In this document: piece by piece, positions 18,096-24,534 of the stretch
Layout: every line of letters starts with the position of its first letter
Numbering within the stretch: the first letter of the stretch is position 1
Source of the DNA: an uncultured Actinomycetota bacterium
GTDB taxonomy: Bacteria; Actinomycetota; Actinomycetes; Streptosporangiales; Streptosporangiaceae
Assembly (NCBI GenBank): GCA_963795055.1
Contig: CAWCGJ010000026.1
Span: 38,074-102,073 of the forward strand
DNA: 64,000 bases
Reading direction: 5' to 3'
Program-made: the position numbers and the translations under genes
The notes under the pieces: generated by a model
The model's input: the letters and a program-made list of their open reading frames with translations, nothing else
Database searches by the model: none
Told to the model about the DNA's origin: nothing

Positions 18096-19340
18096 ATGGG
18101 TGATCGGCTGATCGGCCGATCGGTGCCAGACGACAGATCCGACGGAGATCTCCCCCACGGTGAGCCATCGGCCGCACCGCGCCCGCCCCTTGGCGATGAC
18201 GCTCCCGGCGGGACGGGGCACGGCGCTCCGGAGAGCACTGACGGCCCGGCCGCCTCCGGCGCACCGATCCGTCAAGAAGTATCGGCGGCCCACGACGTCC
18301 CGGGTGCCCGGGACGCACCGCACGCCCATGATGCCTCAACCGCCCACGACGCACTCGATGCCCACGAAGCACCGGGCGGCGCGGGCGAGCGGGCCGCCCC
18401 CTCGCCGGCCGAACCCAGAGAAACGCCGGCCGGTGGCATGCCGGATAAGGCCCGGGCCGACCGGCGGCGCCGGCCGCTCTGGCGCGAGCTGCCCCTGCTC
18501 ATCGTGGTCGCGCTGACCATCGCCTTGCTGATCAAGACCTTCGTCGTACAGGCGTTCTGGATCCCGAGCGGGTCGATGGAGAACACGCTGGAGATCGGCG
18601 ACAAGATCCTCGTCAACAAGCTTGTCTATCATTTCCGGAGCATCCAGCCCGGCGACATCATCGTCTTCGACGGCGCCGGGTCGTGGGACCCGGTGCCACG
18701 CGCGGCGGCACCGAGCTCCAATCCGCTGGTCCGGGCCTACGACGCGACGATCGTCTCACTCGTCCACTCGGTCGCTGGCCTGTTCGGGACCGCGCCCGGG
18801 CAGACGGATTACATCAAGCGCGTCATCGGCGTGCCGGGTGACAAGGTGGCCTGCTGCAACGCCCAGGGCCTCATCACCGTCAACGGCGTGGCCCTGCACG
18901 AGCAGTCCTACCTGTTCCCCGGCGACACGCCCGGCCAGGCCCCGGCTGGCTACTCGGGTCACTTCAGCATCATGGTCCCGCCCGGCCGCCTGTGGGTGCT
19001 CGGAGACAACCGGGCGATCTCCGCCGACTCACGGCTGCACCGGGCTGATCCCGGCCACGGAACGGTCCCCGAGAGCGAGGTGATCGGCCGCGCCTTCATG
19101 ATCGTCTGGCCGGTGTCCCGCTGGCGCATCCTCCCGATCCCGTCCACGTTCTCGCAGCCCGGGGTCACGAAGCCCGCTGGTGCCGCCGCCGGCTCGTGGT
19201 CCGGCGCCGCGCGGGCCGAGCCGGCCGGGCCGCTGCTCCCGCTCGGCGCCGGGCTGGCCGGGGCCGTGCCCCTGACCTGGCTGCAACGCGAACTGCGCCG
19301 ACGTCGCTGGACGCGGCGGAGCGGTCGAGCCGATCGGTGA
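18096..19340 (+). CDS. lepB: signal peptidase I
   Basis: Catalytic motifs are present: IPSGSMENTL (Ser), YIKRVIGVPGD (Lys box) and LGDNRAISADSR. A long disordered N-terminus precedes the TM helix. The start is uncertain (ATG 18096 or GTG 17988). Confidence 0.88.
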   Translation: MGDRLIGRSVPDDRSDGDLPHGEPSAAPRPPLGDDAPGGTGHGAPESTDGPAASGAPIRQEVSAAHDVPGARDAPHAHDASTAHDALDAHEAPGGAGERAAPSPAEPRETPAGGMPDKARADRRRRPLWRELPLLIVVALTIALLIKTFVVQAFWIPSGSMENTLEIGDKILVNKLVYHFRSIQPGDIIVFDGAGSWDPVPRAAAPSSNPLVRAYDATIVSLVHSVAGLFGTAPGQTDYIKRVIGVPGDKVACCNAQGLITVNGVALHEQSYLFPGDTPGQAPAGYSGHFSIMVPPGRLWVLGDNRAISADSRLHRADPGHGTVPESEVIGRAFMIVWPVSRWRILPIPSTFSQPGVTKPAGAAAGSWSGAARAEPAGPLLPLGAGLAGAVPLTWLQRELRRRRWTRRSGRADR

Positions 19341-19389
19341 AGCCGAACGTGCCGGGCGGGCCGCGGCTCGATGGCCGCGGTGGTGGGCA

Positions 19390-20151
19390 TCAGGAGCACG
19401 CGGCGGCCGACGTGGAGTTACGGCCTGGCCAGGACAGGGCCGTCTTCCTGGCCTGCGCGGCCACGGTGACGCCGGCCACGTTCGCGCCGGTGAAATCCGC
19501 GCCCGCGATGTCGGTGCCCGTCAGGTTCGCTCCCTGCAGGCACGCACCCCTCAGGCTGGCTCCCCTGAGGCTTGCGTGCTCCAGCTGACTGCCGCGAAAC
19601 GAGGCCCCGTCCGCCTGTACGCCGTCGAGGTCCTTATAGGAGAGCCGCAGGCCGTCCAGGTCCGCGCCATCGAGATCCGCGCCGCGGAGGTCTGCCCCGC
19701 CGACCATAGCCTGCGTGATCTTCCGCCACGACCAGTCCACGGGCGCACTCTGGGCCTGGGCCGTCGGCGTTGGTGTCGGGCGGCTGCTCTTCTGCTGTGA
19801 TTCGTGCAGCCGAATCGAGGCCGCGAAGGCGACCACAGAGGCCGTGAGCAAAGCGGCCAGGCCGAACGTCAGCCAGCGATCATGGCTGAGGAACAGGATT
19901 CCAGCCGTCACGGCGAGCGCGGCTACCGCCTCGCCGCTAAGGATGGCCCCGATTGGGCCAAACAGCGTTCCGGCTATGCCAGCGATCGCGATGGCCAGCG
20001 CGGGCCAGAGCCACACCGTGGACCACCATCTGGGCCCCGATGCTCGCGGCGAGTCCCCGTCGGGGCCAGACCGTCCCTGAATCGGCGTGGTTGTCCGCGT
20101 CTGGCACGGTGCAGATATTGCCACGAGGGTTGCGCGGAGCGAGCGAGCCAC
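19390..20151 (-). CDS. membrane-anchored pentapeptide-repeat protein
   Basis: 253 aa. Three N-terminal TM segments are followed by an A(D/N)LxG-type pentapeptide array (GADLRGADLDGADLDGLRLS...ASLRGASLRGACLQGANLTGTDIAGADFTGANVAG). Confidence 0.85.
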   Translation of the reverse strand: MARSLRATLVAISAPCQTRTTTPIQGRSGPDGDSPRASGPRWWSTVWLWPALAIAIAGIAGTLFGPIGAILSGEAVAALAVTAGILFLSHDRWLTFGLAALLTASVVAFAASIRLHESQQKSSRPTPTPTAQAQSAPVDWSWRKITQAMVGGADLRGADLDGADLDGLRLSYKDLDGVQADGASFRGSQLEHASLRGASLRGACLQGANLTGTDIAGADFTGANVAGVTVAAQARKTALSWPGRNSTSAAACS

Positions 20152-20211
20152 GCCGACCCTAGCCGCATAGCCGGATTCGGAGTTATGCTCACGGCGCCAG
20201 GGGAGGTGGCT

Positions 20212-20520
20212 ATGTCAGACTCTGCGATGCCTGGTCCGTCGGCCACGCGCCGGAGACGCGCCGGCCTGCTCCGTTTCTTGTTACTAATGACGGTCTGTTG
20301 TGTTGGTGTGCAAGGCCCTGGCCGCGGCGCACCGGGAGTACCGGCCAACTCTGGCCCACCCGTAATACGCTGCCCGTGCCCGGACTGCAACGAGCTTGCG
20401 GAAAGGCAGCTAGACGGCTCATATGAATGCAAGCACCATATCTATAGGATAGAGAATGGGTCACTTGCATGCATCGACAAACACGGCTCCAGCGCTGCCG
20501 GCGAGCCGTCGGCCTCGTGA
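20212..20520 (+). CDS. small Cys-rich hypothetical protein (102 aa), zinc-ribbon-like, with an Arg-rich hydrophobic N-terminus
   Basis: ATG 20212 follows GGAGGTGG. The protein reads MSDSAMPGPSATRRRRAGLLRFLLLMTVCCVGVQG...RCPCPDCNELAERQLDGSYECKHHIYRIENGSLACID. It lies in a lower-GC stretch. I recognise no family. Confidence 0.5.
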   Translation: MSDSAMPGPSATRRRRAGLLRFLLLMTVCCVGVQGPGRGAPGVPANSGPPVIRCPCPDCNELAERQLDGSYECKHHIYRIENGSLACIDKHGSSAAGEPSAS

Positions 20521-20562
20521 GGAGGAACATTGGCGCCCGGTCAAGGCTAGATTGACGCCAGC

Positions 20563-21645
20563 GTGAATGGACTCTCTTCTGCCATATCAGGCGTAGGCAG
20601 CGCGATCGGCCGCTACTTCAGTGTGGTCAGCTTCATCCCTTCGCTCTTCTTGGTGGCGTTTACATTCGCACTTATCGAGAGCGGCGCTTGGCACGGCAAC
20701 GGCGAGCCCGACTGGGCGAAGGCGGGCGACGCCTTCACGCACGTAGGCAATCTCGTTCTGCTGACCTTGGTCAGCATTGCCATTGGCATAGCCATTCATC
20801 CGATTCAGTTCGCGCTGGTACAGTTCTTTGAAGGCTACTGGGGCGCCGGGCGACTGGCTCAGCGGGCACGAACGGCGCGGATGCTACACCACCGTCGCCG
20901 ACATGATCGCCTTCGCTTGGGCCCAGGTGCTCGGGCAAGCGCAGATATCTGGGAGGCCGACCTGGCCCATAAACCGCTTGCCACTAAAGCGAGAATCAAG
21001 CTGGTCTCTCAGCGAGACGAAAGCTTCCGGCTGAGTCACGGGTACCCCGGCGGATACCCCACGAGCGACGACGACATAATGCCCACTCGCCTCGGTAACG
21101 TCCTTCGCAGCTACGAGAGGCTGGCCGGATATCAGTATGGCCTCGACGCTGTCACGGTACTACGGCACGTTGCGCTTGTCGCGCCATCAGGACACGTGGA
21201 GTACCTCGATGATCAGAGGCAGCTGCTCGACCTTTCGGTTCGCATGTGCCTCACGTCGATACTTGCCACTCTAATTTCCATCGCCTTCCTTTGGCATCAC
21301 GGTCCGTGGCTCGCGATCGCGCTAGTTCCGTACGTGTTGGCCTACCTTAGCTACAGAGGAGCCATAGTCGTGGCCCACGAATACGGCGCGGCGATGTCGA
21401 CCATGATCGACCTTGACCGCTTCGCGCTCTACGACTACCTGAGGCTGCCGCGCCCAAAGGACACTGCCGAGGAGCAGCGAACGAATCCCGGACTCGTCGA
21501 GCTTCTCAGCCACAACCGCTCCATCAATCTCATCTACGAGTACCGAGAGGCGTCAACCGACACCAAGGTGGAGCCGACTGGCGCGCAGCCGGGCATCCAG
21601 GCGGGCAGCGAGGAGGGCGGCGCAGAAGGCGATCAGGGTGGCTAG
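20563..21645 (+). CDS. hypothetical 4-TM membrane protein (360 aa), unknown family
   Basis: GTG start 42 nt after the previous gene. It has two TM helices (FIPSLFLVAFTFALI; LVLLTLVSIAIGIAI), a charged loop of about 170 aa (…IMPTRLGNVLRSYERLAGYQYGLD…), two more TM helices, and an acidic tail. Amino-acid usage looks coding. Hand-counted GC of 60-nt lines here is 57-62%. Confidence 0.65.
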   Translation: MNGLSSAISGVGSAIGRYFSVVSFIPSLFLVAFTFALIESGAWHGNGEPDWAKAGDAFTHVGNLVLLTLVSIAIGIAIHPIQFALVQFFEGYWGAGRLAQRARTARMLHHRRRHDRLRLGPGARASADIWEADLAHKPLATKARIKLVSQRDESFRLSHGYPGGYPTSDDDIMPTRLGNVLRSYERLAGYQYGLDAVTVLRHVALVAPSGHVEYLDDQRQLLDLSVRMCLTSILATLISIAFLWHHGPWLAIALVPYVLAYLSYRGAIVVAHEYGAAMSTMIDLDRFALYDYLRLPRPKDTAEEQRTNPGLVELLSHNRSINLIYEYREASTDTKVEPTGAQPGIQAGSEEGGAEGDQGG

Positions 21646-22565
21646 GGGCGGTGACGGATACCGTCGGTGACCAACATCGACGGCGCGGGTCTTCGGAACC
21701 GGGCCGCGATGTCGATCTTGCCGGTATCCGCCAGCAGGGCGGTCAGCGACGGAACCGGCCTGCCCGCCCGCAGTGCCTCGCTGTTGACGTAGCGGCCCCG
21801 CCGCACCGTAGGCCCCGTCTCGTCGCCGACGTCGCGGGCTACCGCGCAGCACGCCGAGCCGAGGCCTGGCGGGTATTCACCCAGAAGACCGCGCCCGGGG
21901 CGTCCGCGATGAGGTCGTCCAGCAGCACGATCCGCCCGGCCCGGTACTCCTCCCAGAACCAGGACCCGAGGAAGCGACGGCCGGTGAACGGCGGCCACCG
22001 CACCTCGCGGACGCCCGCGAGCGCCAGCACGCTCCAGCAGGGCAACGGCCTGCCTGGCGAGTGATCGGTGTAGACGACCACCAGCGCATCGACCGCGCCG
22101 TCCGGCGGCGCCCAGCCGAACACCGAGCCGTGCCGCGGCAGCGGGATACCGCGCCACACCGCGTTCGCGAGGTACTCGGGGACGGAGCCGTCCCCGGCCA
22201 CGTCGACGACGTCACCCGACGGCCACGGGCACAGCGAGTACAGCGGCAGGTCGTAGCCGCAGCCCTGGGACAGCACGAAGAACCAGGCTTGGCCCCCGTC
22301 GCAGACCATGAGGACCATCGCACGGATGGTGCCGGTCAGGTTCACGTCCCTCGCCGCCAGCGGATGCGAGCTGAACAGCCGGTGGCTAGCCTCGTAAAGC
22401 GAGCACGCCGCTCAGTCCGCCCTCCGGGTCCTCGGCGGGGCTGTCGGGCCATGCCCCCGGGCGCGGAATGCTGAACCGAGCTCAGGTGGCTGCAGGCCTC
22501 GGGCCTTGGTCGCGTAGCGCGCGGTTGAAGGGTGCTGCCTCCCAGGCAGCCGTAGTGACCGACAT
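21642..22565 (-). pseudogene. decayed hypothetical gene with at least three frame changes
   Basis: Coding-like pieces lie in different minus-strand frames. They are MSVTTAAWEAAPFNRAL (ATG 22565, GAGAGG RBS), then ...PGAWPDSPAEDPEGGLSGVLA, then LYEASHRLF...MVCDGGQAWFFVLSQG...WFWEEYRAGRIVLLDDLIADAPGAVFWV (ORF 21839-22345), then ...RYVNSEALRAGRPVPSLTALLADTGKIDIAARF (frame of ORF 21642-22157, high GC3). I recognise no family. Confidence 0.4.
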
Positions 22566-22742
22566 ATACGTACCTCTCGTTCCATCACGTGCAGGCGCAT
22601 GACGCTCGCTTCTGGCGGGCCGCCGCGTACGCCCGGAACCTGACCGCCGCGCCCGCCCGGGCCCGGCGAAGGGGGAATCTAGCGGGAGCCTCCCTGGCCG
22701 ACCGATTCGGCTCGTACGGCCCGCTGATCGGCTTCCCATGAA

Positions 22743-22758
22743 TCGAACATATATTCGA
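22743..22758. promoter_or_regulatory. LexA (SOS / Cheo-type) box 1
   Basis: TCGAAC-ATAT-ATTCGA compared with the actinobacterial consensus TCGAAC-N4-GTTCGA gives 11/12 matches. Confidence 0.6.
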
Positions 22759-22786
22759 GAACCATTGACGGTCAAGACGCGATGTA

Positions 22787-22802
22787 TCGAACAGCCGTTC
22801 TC
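22787..22802. promoter_or_regulatory. LexA (SOS / Cheo-type) box 2
   Basis: TCGAAC-AGCC-GTTCTC. The GAAC-N4-GTTC core is perfect and the left half-site is perfect. Confidence 0.65.
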
Positions 22803-22999
22803 GGCCGAACCACACGGATGCCGACCCGGCGGGGGCCACGCCGAGGCCCCGCTGGCGTCGCTGGGTCGCGCGTGAGCCAGCGCAGCCAGGAGTATCCGGC
22901 CATAATATGACTCAATCGACCGCAGTCGAGCAGCCGCGGCGTCCGCGCCAAGCGGCCGGGTTCAGGAGATCCCGGCTGGTGCGCCATGGCACGGTAGCA

Positions 23000-23013
23000 C
23001 GAACATGTGTTCT
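23000..23013. promoter_or_regulatory. LexA (SOS / Cheo-type) box 3
   Basis: cGAAC-ATGT-GTTCt has a perfect core. It is followed by a direct repeat of TGTTCTAAT (23008-23016 and 23046-23054). Confidence 0.6.
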
Positions 23014-23110
23014 AATGAAGAAGGCTTCACAGCGTGTCCGACAGTATGTTCTAATCAACTTCATGTTCCAGCTAACTCTGCCTGGTGGGTGGTGATCCGA
23101 TGTTGCTCCC

Positions 23111-23371
23111 GTGGACGCCGACAGCGCGCTCGGCACGGTCTCGGACCGGGCCGCCGGGTCCGGGGCGGAGCCCAGCGTCCGGCGGGTCTGCCCGTTCGAC
23201 GGCGGACAAGCACTCGGTGCTGGGACGCGCGCCGAGTCGAATGGGGCTGGCGTGTGGCCGACCGACTGGCCGCGCGAAGCGGTCGCTGCGGCCACCCTGA
23301 CCGGATCGCTGCGGTCCGGAGCCGTCATGACCATGGGCGAGCCAACCGCGCCGCAGCCGGGCCGCCGGTGA
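23111..23371 (+). CDS. possible small protein (86 aa), unknown function
   Basis: GTG start. Hand-counted third-position GC is about 85-90% in this frame, which is strongly coding-like for a high-GC genome. There is no convincing RBS and no recognisable domain. Confidence 0.3.
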   Translation: MDADSALGTVSDRAAGSGAEPSVRRVCPFDGGQALGAGTRAESNGAGVWPTDWPREAVAAATLTGSLRSGAVMTMGEPTAPQPGRR

Positions 23372-23481
23372 CCGCCCGGGCGACGTACTGATCACGACCC
23401 CATCCGCCGCGTGGCAGCGCAGGCAGCTCCATATCAGGCCATGACACGGATATTGCTGGTCCGCTGCTAGAAGGTGAAAAC

Positions 23482-24468
23482 GTGAAGGCGCAGTCCGAAT
23501 ACTCAGTCCGCCAGAAAAGCCAGCGTCTCGCTAGCCTGAAGAACAAGACCGCCGAACTCGAGCGTGAACTCGATGACGTTCGCATGCTGCTGCGAAGTGA
23601 GCTCGACGAGCCGGCGCCGGAGGCGGACTATTACCGCGAGCCGCACCCGGATGCGGTCTATTACGGTGAGGCGAGCGCACCGCGTTCGCGCACCGAGACG
23701 CTTATCAATCTGGGCCGGTACACCTCGTATCGGACGGGACTCTCCCGCGGACAGAAGGCAGCGATCGGGCTCGTGCTGCTGGCCGCGCTGATCATCGGCC
23801 TGGTCGTCGTGCTCTCCGGCGGCGGGGCGTCCTGGCCGGCCAGCGTGGCCACGGTGCAGAACGAGATCGGCAAGGCGTGCCAGAACCCGGACGTGGTGTC
23901 CGAGCCAGACCAGGTCAACTTCGCCTGCGACCAGACGACCCGGCAGGTGCTCTGGGTGTACGCGCTGATGACGAGCGGCAACGACCCCAGCTTCAATGAC
24001 GCGACCACCGGCCGGCTGGGTATCGAGCCCATCACCCCAGCTCAGGGAGGCCAGGTCGCGTGGTCCCTGAACCTGCACCACCCATATAACCCATTCAACC
24101 CGCTGGACAGCCTCCAGGTCGCGGCGCGTGCCATCAACAGCATCATCGGCGGCGCAACGGTTACCGGCGGGGGCGGCAAGTCGGTGATCCAGCCCGGCCT
24201 GGAGAGCGTGGCCAGCAACTGCCTGCGGTATACGGGATCGGCGGCGCTGACCTCACGCGAGGGCTTCCCTCCGCTGTGCGCCAATCCGGTGACCAGCCTG
24301 GCCGGCCAGGGCGCCCTGGTGGCCGACGTCTACCAGAGGTGGATCGTCGGCGCGCCACCCGGGGCGGCGCAGAACGCCGCGGTGCTGTTCGAGAACTCCA
24401 ATAACCCGGGTGATCCTCAGGTGCAGGCCATTCTCAAAGGGCTGTCCGGCGCAAAGCACGCGGCGTGA
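23482..24468 (+). CDS. membrane-anchored hypothetical protein (N-terminal coiled coil, one TM, Cys-containing extracytoplasmic domain)
   Basis: 328 aa. It has a coiled-coil-like N-terminus (QKSQRLASLKNKTAELERELDDVRMLLRSEL) and a TM helix (AAIGLVLLAALIIGLVVVLSG). The C-terminal domain of about 210 aa carries paired cysteines. Confidence 0.7.
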   Translation: MKAQSEYSVRQKSQRLASLKNKTAELERELDDVRMLLRSELDEPAPEADYYREPHPDAVYYGEASAPRSRTETLINLGRYTSYRTGLSRGQKAAIGLVLLAALIIGLVVVLSGGGASWPASVATVQNEIGKACQNPDVVSEPDQVNFACDQTTRQVLWVYALMTSGNDPSFNDATTGRLGIEPITPAQGGQVAWSLNLHHPYNPFNPLDSLQVAARAINSIIGGATVTGGGGKSVIQPGLESVASNCLRYTGSAALTSREGFPPLCANPVTSLAGQGALVADVYQRWIVGAPPGAAQNAAVLFENSNNPGDPQVQAILKGLSGAKHAA

Positions 24469-24534
24469 CCAAAGGACATTCAGGAAGCGGGTTCGGTTAT
24501 CAAGGCCCATTCAAGGAGGAGAGGGGGTGAGCTT

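Noticed and set aside
23040-23066. Possible additional LexA-like sites (reverse strand GAACatgaAGTT, GAACatacTGTC) next to box 3
   Set aside because: Each has two or more core mismatches. The similarity is better explained by the TGTTCTAAT direct repeat.
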